Assembly (NCBI GenBank): GCA_963668625.2
Contig: CAXXKA010000008.1
Coordinates: 832,001 to 896,000 of the forward strand
DNA: 64,000 nt
Reading direction: 5' to 3'
Source: an uncultured candidate division Zixibacteria bacterium
Lineage (GTDB): Bacteria > Zixibacteria > MSB-5A5 > UBA10806 > 4484-95
In this document: positions 20,884 through 30,776 of the stretch, piece by piece
Numbering within the stretch: the first letter of the stretch is position 1
Layout of the letters: each line of letters opens with the position of its first letter
Program-made: the position numbers and the translations under genes
Notes under the pieces: model-generated
Seen by the model: only the letters and a program-made list of their open reading frames with translations
What the model was told of the DNA's origin: nothing
Database searches by the model: none

Positions 20884-20973
20884 TTGGACAAGGGCATTGT
20901 CGGAATTCAGTTAATCTCTGCAGAGTGTCTGTCACCGATGTTTGAATACCTATAACATGCCCTTAGAAAACCT

Positions 20974-21285
20974 CTAATACTTAGAACATTCAACGACTGA
21001 AATCAGGGTAAAGATAAACTTTGCCTCTATTAAATCAATTACTAATTTCAGGATTTTCAGGATCAGATTTCCAGCTATCGGGATTATTAACACTATACTT
21101 TCTTGCCCTATTTTATTCCTCGTCATTTCTGATAATGTGTTCATAATAGTTACGCTGGCCTCGGTTTCTGAGACCCCTTTATTATCGAGCTTTAGTACAG
21201 CCAGATTATCATGGGCAAACGAGTACGCAGGCGTTATCAATAGCATTATTATTGGCAAAAATAAGATTATGAAAGTATTTATCAT
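20974..21285 (-). pseudogene. Probable truncated remnant of a secreted protein (CsgG/HfaB-like N-terminus)
   Basis: RBS, signal peptide, then LAVLKLDNKGVSETEAS; the remainder is AT-rich and does not resemble a protein family. Confidence 0.35.
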
Positions 21286-21470
21286 CTGTTTCCCCTCACA
21301 ACACAGGCTATATGTCTATGCTGCTACTAATAAATATAATAAAAAAGTTGCCATAAAATCCAAGCCTTAATAACCATATTAATGCTTTTCTGGTATCAAA
21401 TGACTAAATTACCACTCCACCTACTAAAAAACCTCTACCATCTCCCCAACATTAAACATACATTACCACC

Positions 21471-22457
21471 ATGTATGAATCCGCTAAAATTCTGATAACC
21501 GGCGCCAGCGGGCAGCTTGGCAGACGGCTTATACGAACAATGCTGGCTCGAGGTTATGATAACCTTCGCGGCCATTATCGCTCAGTGGCGAAAGCCGATA
21601 AATACTGCCCGGCGGGAGTAGAGCGAGTCTATGGCGATATAACCGAGAGAGACTGGCTGGCGGAGGCCGTTGAAGGCTGCGAGGCGGTTATCCATTGCGC
21701 CGCCTGGGTTAGTGTCCGGCCGTTAAAAGATGACAAAGCCCGTTATATGTATCAGGTCAATGTCGAGGGTACTCGTAACGTAATCGAGGCCTGCCGCGAG
21801 GCCGGTGTAAAACGATTGCTACATGTCTCCTCTATTGCAGGATTGGGCGCCTCAATAAACGACGCGCCTGTCGATGAGACCGCGTCATTCAATCTCGGCG
21901 ATTTCGGCTATCCCTATTTTACCACCAAGCAAGAATCGGATGTATTAGCTCTCGAGGCAAACAGTGATAAGCTGGAAACGATCGTGGTTAATCCCTCTAT
22001 AATGATCTCGCCGCCGGATCGGCCGGTAACCGAAAAGGACCTGAAAAAAATCCCCAAGCGGATCTGGGCTTATTTCGATTTCGGATTGAACCTGGTGGAA
22101 ACTGAGGATGTCATAGACGGTATGATAAAGGCACTGGAAAAGGGCCGGCCCGGCCAGAGGTACCTTCTAACGGGTGAGAACATAAACCCCGATAAGCTAT
22201 TCGCTCTGGGTGAAAAATATTTCGGTATCAAAAAACCCCCGATAAAAATACCTTTACCGGTATTATCGTGCGTAGGTTTTCTGGCTGAGATAATGTATTT
22301 GTTCAAAGGCAAGAAACCCAAACTCAACCGCAGGATCGGCAGTCTGGCAAAGCTAAAATTTTACTACACATACGATAAGGCCGCACGCGAATTCGGATAC
22401 GAACCGAAGCCCCTGGAACGGACTATCGAAAATATCCTAGCAGGCATAAAACGCTGA
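21471..22457 (+). CDS. NAD-dependent epimerase/dehydratase (extended SDR, dihydroflavonol reductase/HpnA-like)
   Basis: ITGASGQLG, VIHCAA, NVEGT, HVSS, YFTTK. Confidence 0.88.
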   Translation: MYESAKILITGASGQLGRRLIRTMLARGYDNLRGHYRSVAKADKYCPAGVERVYGDITERDWLAEAVEGCEAVIHCAAWVSVRPLKDDKARYMYQVNVEGTRNVIEACREAGVKRLLHVSSIAGLGASINDAPVDETASFNLGDFGYPYFTTKQESDVLALEANSDKLETIVVNPSIMISPPDRPVTEKDLKKIPKRIWAYFDFGLNLVETEDVIDGMIKALEKGRPGQRYLLTGENINPDKLFALGEKYFGIKKPPIKIPLPVLSCVGFLAEIMYLFKGKKPKLNRRIGSLAKLKFYYTYDKAAREFGYEPKPLERTIENILAGIKR

Positions 22458-22615
22458 GACTTTACGAAACTATTATAATTACCGGATAGTTATAGCTATT
22501 TAATCATTTAAAGCCGCTTGCTTTAGCCTGTCATAGGGGATATCTTCACCTTAACAGGCTACTTAGCCGTTAATAATAAATTAAAATTTTGGTTTTAGAT
22601 GATAGGTTTTTAAGA

Positions 22616-23596
22616 ATGACTAAAAACAGCCAAGTAATTCGCAATTTTTTACGTAAACACTACAAGCATTTCAACGCAGCAGTCGTAATCGATGCCGCTC
22701 AGGCCTGGGTGGACTATTTAAACCGGGGCAACAGGATGTTTTTGACGATGGCCGGAGCAATGAGCACCGCCGAACTCGGTATTTCCTTAGCCGAGATGAT
22801 CCGTCAGGATAAAATACACGGTATCTGCTGTACCGGGGCTAATCTCGAAGAGGATATTTTCAACCTCGTGGCTCACGATCATTACGAACGTGTCCCCCAT
22901 TATCGCACATTATCGGCGCAGGATGAGCAGAGCCTTCTGGATAACCACCTGAACCGCGTTACGGACACCTGTATTCCGGAGGAGGAGGCAATGCGCCGTA
23001 TCGAGCGAAAAGTGTTGAAATTCTGGCAGCAAGCAGACAAAGCCGGCGAGAGTTATTTCCCTTATCAATACATGTACCAGTTGATTAAAAGCGGGCAGTT
23101 GGAGGAATTCTACCAGATCGACCCGAAAAACTCCTGGGTAATTGCCGCCTGCGAGAAAAATATCCCTATATATACCCCAGGTTGGGAGGACTCCACGCTC
23201 GGCAATATTTTCGTAGCGAATGTCATAAAAAAGCAATTGTCATCATTCAGGGTAGTTAAAACCGGCCTGGAGCAGATGGAAAAACTCATTGGTTGGTACA
23301 AGGAAAACACTGAGGACGGCTCAGTCGGTTTTTTCCAGATTGGCGGCGGTATAGCCGGTGATTTCGCTATCTGCCTGGTACCGTTAATCCAGCAGGATTT
23401 GAAACAGGACTGTAAACTCTGGGGATATTTCTGTCAAATATCCGACAGCACCACCTCCTACGGCTCTTACAGTGGCGCGGTCCCCAACGAGAAAATAACC
23501 TGGGGGAAGTTAAGCGCGGATACTCCCAAGTTCATAATCGAATCGGATGCCTCAATAGTCGCTCCCCTGGTTTTTGAATACGTTTTGGAAAGCTGA
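22616..23596 (+). CDS. Deoxyhypusine synthase-like protein
   Basis: AGAMSTAELG, TGANLEED, IGGGIAGD, SYSGAVPNEKITWGK. Confidence 0.9.
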   Translation: MTKNSQVIRNFLRKHYKHFNAAVVIDAAQAWVDYLNRGNRMFLTMAGAMSTAELGISLAEMIRQDKIHGICCTGANLEEDIFNLVAHDHYERVPHYRTLSAQDEQSLLDNHLNRVTDTCIPEEEAMRRIERKVLKFWQQADKAGESYFPYQYMYQLIKSGQLEEFYQIDPKNSWVIAACEKNIPIYTPGWEDSTLGNIFVANVIKKQLSSFRVVKTGLEQMEKLIGWYKENTEDGSVGFFQIGGGIAGDFAICLVPLIQQDLKQDCKLWGYFCQISDSTTSYGSYSGAVPNEKITWGKLSADTPKFIIESDASIVAPLVFEYVLES

Positions 23597-23650
23597 GATA
23601 AATAGCATTTGAATAAAAATCATTTTAAGTCAAACTAAAGGGATTTAACG

Positions 23651-24985
23651 ATGAGCGACGATACCCCCAAAAACAACCGTCAGGAGCCGGGTAAATTCTT
23701 CCGAGATGCCGGCAAGATTCCCAGCCATTTGAAAGCCTCCACTTTCGATAATGCACTCAGGCAATTCGATCAATCGGCGAAAATACTCAAGCTTTCGGAT
23801 AATCAGATAGCCGTGATAAAACAACCGCGAAAGATTATCGAGGCACAATTACCGGTTCGCATGGATGACGGTCATATCGCGGTTTTCAGGGCTTTCCGGG
23901 TTCAACACAATATCTCGCGAGGCCCGGCAAAAGGGGGAGTACGTTTTCATCAAAACGTAAACCTGGATGAAGTTAAAGCGCTGGCGTTCTGGATGACGTT
24001 CAAATGCGCCGTCGTCGGCATCCCGATGGGCGGCGCCAAAGGCGGCGTGGTGGTGGACCCCCGCCTTCTGAGCGAGGGCGAATTGGAGCGGCTGGCCAGA
24101 CGGTATTTCGCCGAGTTGAGCGCCTCATTCGGTCCTGACAGGGATATTCCCGCTCCCGATGTCAACACCAATCCGCAGGTGATGGCCTGGTTTATGGATA
24201 CTTATTCGATGAATCGGCGTAGCCACATCCCGGCGGTCGTTACGGGTAAGCCGTTGGAAATAGGCGGTTCGTTAGGACGGGAAACAGCTACCGCCCAGGG
24301 CATGGTCTACTGTGTCAGCCAGGCAGCCGAACATTTCGGTTGGGATTTGAGCTCGACCAGTGTAGCAATCCAGGGTTTCGGTAATGCCGGCTCGTTTGCC
24401 GCGAAATTGTTACATCAGGCAGGCTGCAAAATAAAGGCCATCTCGGATGTCGACGGCGCTTATTTCAACGATCATGGTATCGACCCGGATGATGCCATCG
24501 ATTACGTGCGCCGTAATAAAACCCTGAAAGACTACGAAAAACATTCGGATGCCGAACGCATGGACAATGCGATGGAGCTTCTAGAATTGCCCGTGGATGT
24601 TTTAATACCGGCGGCGTTGGAAAACCAGATAACCGAGGAGAACGCACCGCGAGTGAAAGCGAAATTGATCGCGGAATGCGCCAATGGCCCGTGTACACCC
24701 GAGGCGGATGATATCCTTAAGGATAAAGGCGTATTCATCATACCCGATATTTTATGCAACGCCGGCGGGGTGACAGTCTCGTATCTGGAATGGGTACAGA
24801 ACCGCATGGGTTATTACTGGAAACTGGAACGCGTGCAAGAGGACCTCAAAGAGATCATGAATAAAAGTTTTCAGGCGGTTCTCGAAACATCGCTGGAATA
24901 CGAAGCGCCGATGAGAATAGCGGCCTTTATCGTAGCTATTCAACGAGTAGTTAAAGCCTCCGAGTTAAGAGGCCTGTACGCTTGA
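23651..24985 (+). CDS. gdhA: Glu/Leu/Phe/Val dehydrogenase (glutamate dehydrogenase)
   Basis: GPAKGGVRF, GGAKGGV, DIPAPDVNT, QGFGNAG, PDILCNAGGVTVSYLEWVQN. Confidence 0.93.
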   Translation: MSDDTPKNNRQEPGKFFRDAGKIPSHLKASTFDNALRQFDQSAKILKLSDNQIAVIKQPRKIIEAQLPVRMDDGHIAVFRAFRVQHNISRGPAKGGVRFHQNVNLDEVKALAFWMTFKCAVVGIPMGGAKGGVVVDPRLLSEGELERLARRYFAELSASFGPDRDIPAPDVNTNPQVMAWFMDTYSMNRRSHIPAVVTGKPLEIGGSLGRETATAQGMVYCVSQAAEHFGWDLSSTSVAIQGFGNAGSFAAKLLHQAGCKIKAISDVDGAYFNDHGIDPDDAIDYVRRNKTLKDYEKHSDAERMDNAMELLELPVDVLIPAALENQITEENAPRVKAKLIAECANGPCTPEADDILKDKGVFIIPDILCNAGGVTVSYLEWVQNRMGYYWKLERVQEDLKEIMNKSFQAVLETSLEYEAPMRIAAFIVAIQRVVKASELRGLYA

Positions 24986-25012
24986 TTCATTAGCTAGTCG
25001 ATTAAAATTATT

Positions 25013-25046
25013 AAGCCGGGCTGATTGATTTTAGCCCGGCTTTTCT
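25013..25046 (+). terminator. Intrinsic terminator after gdhA
   Basis: aagccgggct..agcccggctt followed by T-run. Confidence 0.8.
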
Positions 25047-25171
25047 ATTTCAGGAAATGATATACCGACTTATAAGGTTCGTATTCGCTACATTTTAGAA
25101 ATACGAACCAAGTGCCGAAACATTCTTATCCAGGACAAGATTATCCTGATCGATTTGGAATAATCATCAAA

Positions 25172-25522
25172 TTATTTTTTCGACCACAGCCCCAGTTGAT
25201 TACCCTCCAGATCAGTGACTACGCCCATATAACCATATTCGGGTGATATCTGGGTTTTCTCTTTTACGATAGCACCACCTATACCTTTGACTTTTTCGAG
25301 TGTAGCCGAGACATCCTCAACCTCGATATAGAATAAGATTCCGGGTTTTTCGGATAATTCGTAACTCTGATCGAATCCACCACCTATACCATCAGGGGCG
25401 GTGAATAGCATATAGTTCCACTCCTTCATCAAATCGAATTTCCAATCAAATAACTCGCCATAAAACTTTTTCGCTTTTTCAAAATCTTTCGAGGGTATTT
25501 CCATATGACAGATACCATTCAT
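25172..25522 (-). CDS. VOC/glyoxalase family protein
   Basis: CHMEIP..DFEKAKKFYGELFDW, YIEVEDV, DLEGNQLGLW. Confidence 0.9.
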   Translation of the reverse strand: MNGICHMEIPSKDFEKAKKFYGELFDWKFDLMKEWNYMLFTAPDGIGGGFDQSYELSEKPGILFYIEVEDVSATLEKVKGIGGAIVKEKTQISPEYGYMGVVTDLEGNQLGLWSKK

Positions 25523-25559
25523 AATTACTCCTATGATAAAAGTCTACTCCAAATTTCAG

Positions 25560-26573
25560 TTATCTGTTTGCTAACACAAAGTTAGGGAAATCTTCAAACA
25601 CCCAATTATTTTTCAAGGTGTCATAGATTATTCCCAGTAATTTTCTGGCTGTGGCAATGATAGCCTTACCGCTGCCACGACGGTTTTTTATACGATTGTA
25701 ATATTTACTCAAGTAATGGTTATATCGTATGGCAACAAGCGTACACTGCACCAGTGTAGTCCGACCAATCTTAGAACCACGCTTGGTAATCCGACCATGA
25801 TGCTGAATCTCGTTTGAATTGGAAACTCGCGGCACTACGCCAAAATATGAGGCCAATTTATCTTTGTCCGAAAAATCAGCAACATCACCAATTACCGAAA
25901 GCAACACTGTAGCTGATTTGCTGCCGATTCCTTTGATGCTGGTCAGGTTCTTATGCCCGTTCAACTTGCGACCCTGATCCTCTATCTGTTTGTCCAGCTT
26001 TTTTATCCCCTCATTCAAACTGCGAATCTGATCAACCAATACCTCAAGCTCAACAGAAACAACCTCATCAAAATTCATCTTTAGAACCCGCTCCAAACTC
26101 TTGTTGCTGGAGTAGGCCTCCTTTTTACTCTTGATACCATGATGATTGAGTATGTTGTGTATTTTATTCTTCAAAGCTGTACGTAACTTGACCAGCTTGT
26201 CCCGTGTCCCAACAAGTGAACTGATCTGCGCTTTATCTTTCGTCTTTAATCGGGCTTTCGGCAACATGTCTTTGCTCATAAAATAGGCTAAGTTCCTGGC
26301 ATCGTTTTCATCCGTCTTACTGACTGATGATTTGATTATCTCAAATTTGTTCGGATCGACGACAACAACTCGCTTGACCAAATGCGATATCTCATCAACG
26401 AAATAACGAGTGTTGCCAGTGGCCTCAACCGCTACACAATCCGTCTTTTTTAATCCTCGTTTAAATTCCTTTAGATCCTTTAGCCGATACTCCTTGATCC
26501 TCTCCCGACCACCGGCTGTCAGGCAACACACGGTCAAACTGTTTGTGTGAAGGTCTACTCCTAAGTACCTCAT
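25560..26573 (-). CDS. IS110-family DEDD recombinase/transposase
   Basis: YLGVDLH, VEATG, KTDENDA, LTSIKGIG, SYFGVVPRVSNS, GRITKRG, KAIIATARKL; likely ATG at 26573. Confidence 0.95.
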   Translation of the reverse strand: MRYLGVDLHTNSLTVCCLTAGGRERIKEYRLKDLKEFKRGLKKTDCVAVEATGNTRYFVDEISHLVKRVVVVDPNKFEIIKSSVSKTDENDARNLAYFMSKDMLPKARLKTKDKAQISSLVGTRDKLVKLRTALKNKIHNILNHHGIKSKKEAYSSNKSLERVLKMNFDEVVSVELEVLVDQIRSLNEGIKKLDKQIEDQGRKLNGHKNLTSIKGIGSKSATVLLSVIGDVADFSDKDKLASYFGVVPRVSNSNEIQHHGRITKRGSKIGRTTLVQCTLVAIRYNHYLSKYYNRIKNRRGSGKAIIATARKLLGIIYDTLKNNWVFEDFPNFVLANR

Positions 26574-26589
26574 CTTCTTGCTCCATTCT

Positions 26590-26800
26590 ATGGTTATCAC
26601 TGGAGCAGACTCTCTGTCGGCGCCTACCAAACTCCTATTCAAGGTCTTTGCCTTATGGTGGCAATTCGGTTACAGGTCTGATTAATCTCCTTTACGAGGT
26701 CTGGCCTCAAGCATTCAGTTCAGCCTATAACCTATCCGCTCCAGTTAGAAATTCATTACCGAAGCTCTAACACCAACAGAATAGATTAGCAAGATGCTTT
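26590..26800 (-). ncRNA. Candidate IS110 bridge RNA (structured non-coding end upstream of transposase)
   Basis: On the minus strand actggagcgga (26745-26735) pairs with tctgctccagt (26609-26599), enclosing ~125 nt; position matches known IS110 bridge RNAs. Confidence 0.5.
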
Positions 26801-27133
26801 TATCGTACCATCTCCTTTTCTGAAATTGTTGGTATTAAATTGCCGATCTTAAAATATAAAAATAACCGTATCAGGCAACATGTTTCTGACATCGATATCG
26901 TAAAGTATAATTTTCTTGAATACTTTTTCGGCTTATGGTAGTTATAATATATACAACGCGGATATCACATCACCGGCTATTAGTATTTACCCTCATATTT
27001 CTTTTGCTCGAACGGAATAATTACGAAAACCGGTCAGCGCTACGTAAACCGTATGAAGAGGGGACGCTTCACGACGAGGAGGTGAATACCTGATTGAGGC
27101 GATAACTTATTAAACTTTTATCAAGGAGGTATC

Positions 27134-27538
27134 ATGAAAATCGTAGGGTACATGGAAGGCACAAATTCCGAGGTGTTAACCAATCTGTTTTTGGAGGGAA
27201 TAGAAACACTGCCGCTTTCCAATAGTTGGGATAATCACGGGAAATTTATCGCACATATAATGAAAAACGATGATATCAATCTGGTAGTGGGATATCTTCA
27301 CAAGTTCATCCCTCACGCCAAACAGTTCGATATCGGCGATCTGTTCTCATCGATCCGCGTTTATAGAATCCCGGTCGTCATTATTGTCCCGAAGAAACTT
27401 CAGGACAAAGCGAAAAAGAGAGTACCGAAGGGTATTAAATACACATTCGCCGATCCGGATGAGATAACAGATGTTATTCTTGGCGTATTAAAGCCTAAAA
27501 AGAAAAAAGCTAAAAAATCAGCGAAAAAGAGAAAGTAA
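27134..27538 (+). CDS. Hypothetical protein with Lys-rich C-terminal tail
   Basis: Strong RBS aaggagg, terminator downstream, tail KPKKKKAKKSAKKRK. Confidence 0.8.
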   Translation: MKIVGYMEGTNSEVLTNLFLEGIETLPLSNSWDNHGKFIAHIMKNDDINLVVGYLHKFIPHAKQFDIGDLFSSIRVYRIPVVIIVPKKLQDKAKKRVPKGIKYTFADPDEITDVILGVLKPKKKKAKKSAKKRK

Positions 27539-27559
27539 GATAATCATCCGATTTAACTT

Positions 27560-27587
27560 AAGCCCTCATTTTTGGGGGCTTTTTTAT
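27560..27587 (+). terminator. Intrinsic terminator
   Basis: aagccctc-attttt-gggggctt followed by T-run. Confidence 0.75.
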
Positions 27588-27802
27588 TGATGGGGTATAG
27601 TCCAGACTGTATAGGGACTATCCCATACTTTAAGCCGGTACGGACTCAGGGCATCAACCCAAACAGCCTCACGTTGAAACATTTATCCTATTTCACAATA
27701 ACGAGTTATACGTGTTTTTGAAACAATAACACTGTCTCTACATTTAAAGGCATAACCTTTGTTCCTCTTTTGTTCAAAACGTAATCAGAAAGGGAGGATA
27801 CA

Positions 27803-28027
27803 ATGAAAATGAAATTCACACTTACAATGGAAGATTTACTGGTTGATGAGGCTGAAATCGATAACATGGTAATTGACTGGGTCGAGGATGTCAGCCAGGC
27901 GGAGGTTTTGGAAATGTCTCATCAATGGATAACCTCGAAGAATTTCCTTACCGAACGCATGACTGGTTTGCGCAAAGTCGGCGAATCATCACTGACAATC
28001 GAACCTGTAGAGGAGAATGCGGCCTGA
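27803..28027 (+). CDS. Small acidic hypothetical protein
   Basis: RBS gggagg; TGA overlaps next ATG (TGATG). Confidence 0.7.
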   Translation: MKMKFTLTMEDLLVDEAEIDNMVIDWVEDVSQAEVLEMSHQWITSKNFLTERMTGLRKVGESSLTIEPVEENAA

Positions 28028-28353
28028 TGGAAAGATTCAAGTGGTTGCTCGAGGAAATCCTGACACAGTTCCAGGCTATTGAGGATAGTTTGAGCGCTGT
28101 GTTTGCCAAGATACCCGGTATCGGCTCGTTTGCCGGCGATCACAGTAATATCATTCTGATGGCGATAATGGCGCTGATAACGGTTGCGGTTATCAAACCG
28201 CTCGTAAAATGGTCAATAATGATAGTCTCCGGCGGGACGGTGCTGGCGATGGCTATCTCGTATTTCTCCGGTATAACATTCTGGGGAGTACTGCCGCTGA
28301 CGGCTCTGGGTGTGAGTATTGTTCTGTTCTCGAATAAATTTACTATGGGGTGA
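28027..28353 (+). CDS. Small membrane protein (~3 TM)
   Basis: ATG coupled to upstream stop; hydrophobic C-terminal half. Confidence 0.65.
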   Translation: MERFKWLLEEILTQFQAIEDSLSAVFAKIPGIGSFAGDHSNIILMAIMALITVAVIKPLVKWSIMIVSGGTVLAMAISYFSGITFWGVLPLTALGVSIVLFSNKFTMG

Positions 28354-28357
28354 TAAT

Positions 28358-28516
28358 ATGTACGAAAGAAAGAGAAGTAAAGTATGTCCGTTCTGTCAAT
28401 CAAAAATCAAGCGTGTGGACGGCACTTTTAAATGTGGCAATTGCGGGGCCGTAATAAAACCCGAGGTACTGGATACGAAATCGTTAAACAGCCATTTCTT
28501 TAATGGCCAAAGGTAA
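28358..28516 (+). CDS. Small zinc-ribbon protein
   Basis: CPFC...CGNC; starts 4 nt after the upstream stop. Confidence 0.6.
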   Translation: MYERKRSKVCPFCQSKIKRVDGTFKCGNCGAVIKPEVLDTKSLNSHFFNGQR

Positions 28517-28519
28517 TCC

Positions 28520-28708
28520 ATGAAAGAGAAAATAATCAAGTGCACGAACTGCGGCACAACTACCAGCCGTGAGCATTTATTGCCTCTTTGCGGAGCTTGC
28601 TTCGAGGGGCTGGAGGATTACGAGGCGTTTTTGGAGAAATCGCTTGATGACGTGGAAATTGCCATTTATAAAAAACCGGTCAAGGTCGACTCGTTCCTTC
28701 AGACTTAA
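28520..28708 (+). CDS. Small zinc-finger protein
   Basis: CTNC...CGAC; starts 3 nt after the upstream stop. Confidence 0.6.
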   Translation: MKEKIIKCTNCGTTTSREHLLPLCGACFEGLEDYEAFLEKSLDDVEIAIYKKPVKVDSFLQT

Positions 28709-29700
28709 AGTTCGAGTTTGTTGCGAAGTCTTTCGGCAACGGTATCTATTCGAGTCGACTCGATTCGTTTCTTAGCCCGATCGTGACCGGTAAAACCAGC
28801 ATGGTAATCGGCCATTAAACGTTTGGTAAACTCTCCGCTCCTGATCTCGCTAACCAAGTTATCCATAGACCGTTTCGCCTGATCGTTTATTATAAGCGGT
28901 TCGGCTTGCAATCCCCCCACCGCTGCGGTTACGCTAATTTTATCGTACATTCCGGCTATGCCATATTTCTTTATCAAATCAACTATCAAGTCTATCTGGA
29001 AGACACATTCGAGATAGGCGTTTTCCGGCGGCAATCCGGCTTTCACTAACGTCTCGTAACCGGCCTTCAACAGGGCGCTCAAGCCGCCGCATAGCACGGC
29101 CTGTTCGCCGAATATATCACCGATAGCCTCGGCCTCGAATGATGTCTCTATCAAACCGGCGCGCCCGCAGCCAACCGCCCCGGCATAGGCGGCGGCCAGG
29201 TGAAGGCTTTCCGGGGATGACTTATCGGTCTTGCCGATAAAGGCGGTTACTCCCTCGCCCTGTATGAAACGTTCCCTCATCCTGATACCAGGGCTATGAG
29301 GCGCAACCAATACGAAATCCGTAGAATCAGGCTGAACGACAAGTTTAAAATGAACAGACATGGCATGAGCGAATACGAATGTTTTATTATTGAGCGAGAT
29401 ATCTTTTAGGCCATATTCGAAAAGCTCCTGATGTTTATGATCGGGCGCCAAAACCGCTATAATATCAGATTCGGTCACTGCCCCGGCGGGAGTGGTAACC
29501 CTAAAATCCTCTTCGATTACGATATTTTCCGATTTACTTCCCGGTAAAAGGCCGATAATCGGCTCGTATCCCGAATCGCGTAGATTGAGGGCCTGGGCTT
29601 TCCCCTGCGAGCCAAAACCTATTACGGCAAATTTCTTACTATCGAGTACAGTTTTATCGATATCACTGTCACGCCATACTTTCAGATCATCATTTGACAT
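28705..29700 (-). CDS. ilvC: Ketol-acid reductoisomerase
   Basis: AVIGFGSQGKAQALNLRDSG, LVAPHSPG, DIFGEQAVLCGG, AYLEC; likely ATG at 29700. Confidence 0.93.
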   Translation of the reverse strand: MSNDDLKVWRDSDIDKTVLDSKKFAVIGFGSQGKAQALNLRDSGYEPIIGLLPGSKSENIVIEEDFRVTTPAGAVTESDIIAVLAPDHKHQELFEYGLKDISLNNKTFVFAHAMSVHFKLVVQPDSTDFVLVAPHSPGIRMRERFIQGEGVTAFIGKTDKSSPESLHLAAAYAGAVGCGRAGLIETSFEAEAIGDIFGEQAVLCGGLSALLKAGYETLVKAGLPPENAYLECVFQIDLIVDLIKKYGIAGMYDKISVTAAVGGLQAEPLIINDQAKRSMDNLVSEIRSGEFTKRLMADYHAGFTGHDRAKKRIESTRIDTVAERLRNKLEL

Positions 29701-30169
29701 GGTTATAGGATAAAGGCTGGGAAATCGTAAGTCAACAAACAAACTGCCCCTGCCACAGTGCCGGCAGCTTTTATCCAACCGACTTAAGCCGTCAGGATAA
29801 AAGCCACCAATCCTGCGGCTGGCGGCAGTTTACATAATAAACAAATTATATGCAGAACATTAATGTAATGTTTTTTAAAACATTATTGGAAAATGTTAAT
29901 CCGATTTCACTAATATTTTGGAAATCCCAATATATTGTGAATCCAACTTATTGGGACGTGAGTGGTTTGATAGTTTGTTTACCGATTATTATTATATTAC
30001 AGCATAATAAGTTAACGGAATCGGAAAATTGAAAATTTACAATATATTAATCATTCCTAAAATATTAGGAGTATTACATTAAGCATAATATATATATACT
30101 GACAATATCTTAAGTCGTAACCTGTAGCAATGTAAGGGTTTGCTTATTTATTGGCTAGTATTTTTGATT

Positions 30170-30185
30170 TGGCATGGTAGTTGCT
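30170..30185 (+). promoter_or_regulatory. Sigma-54 (-24/-12) promoter
   Basis: TGGCATG-gtag-TTGCT matches TGGCACG-N4-TTGCW with correct spacing. Confidence 0.7.
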
Positions 30186-30223
30186 TTATTCTTAAGCATA
30201 TGAATAAACAAAAGGCGGAAAGA

Positions 30224-30580
30224 ATGGAATTCAAGACTTTAACAGAAAGTGAATTCAACCAGGGTGTTCTTCAAAGCAACCAAAAGGTCTGTTTAGTCTT
30301 CGGCGCTAATTGGAGCGGATCTTTCTATTTGGTTCAGCCGACTCTTAATGAGTTTGTTAAAAAATCTGACGGGCATGTCAAGATTTTTATGCTTGATTAT
30401 GATTCTAATAAATGGCTCGCTGAACAGAGTGGCATCTATTTTCATGTACCATCGATACTTATATACGAAAACGGCCGGAAAACTAACCAGGCGGTAGGCT
30501 TAATATCGTGTTTGGATTTACTTATCGAGCTTCAAAAGAATAATAACGGAAGTGGCAATGGGGGGCGTCTGGAGAACTGA
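30224..30580 (+). CDS. Thioredoxin-fold protein lacking the CXXC motif
   Basis: LTESEFNQGVLQSNQKVCLVFGANWSGSF (WCGPC position), VPSILIYENG; start 30200 or 30224. Confidence 0.65.
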   Translation: MEFKTLTESEFNQGVLQSNQKVCLVFGANWSGSFYLVQPTLNEFVKKSDGHVKIFMLDYDSNKWLAEQSGIYFHVPSILIYENGRKTNQAVGLISCLDLLIELQKNNNGSGNGGRLEN

Positions 30581-30776
30581 TCGAGCGGGGGAATCCAGGG
30601 GGGTGTTTCTCTGCAAAGATTGATTAGTCCAGTAAGGGCCCGGCACGATGTGTCGGGCTTTTCTTATATCTGTACTATTGGTTAATGGCGGATTTCGTAA
30701 ATTCCTTGCAATAGAATCGAATAGATCATATACGTATCTCATAGTTTATATTTATCAATTTCATTCGGAGGGTGTT

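Larger units (their letters stand above)
25552..26827 (-). mobile_element. IS110-family insertion sequence (ends approximate)
   Basis: Transposase plus ~250-bp upstream non-coding end; 8-bp inverted repeat aatttcag (25552-59) / ctgaaatt (26820-27); codon usage differs from neighbours. Confidence 0.75.
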
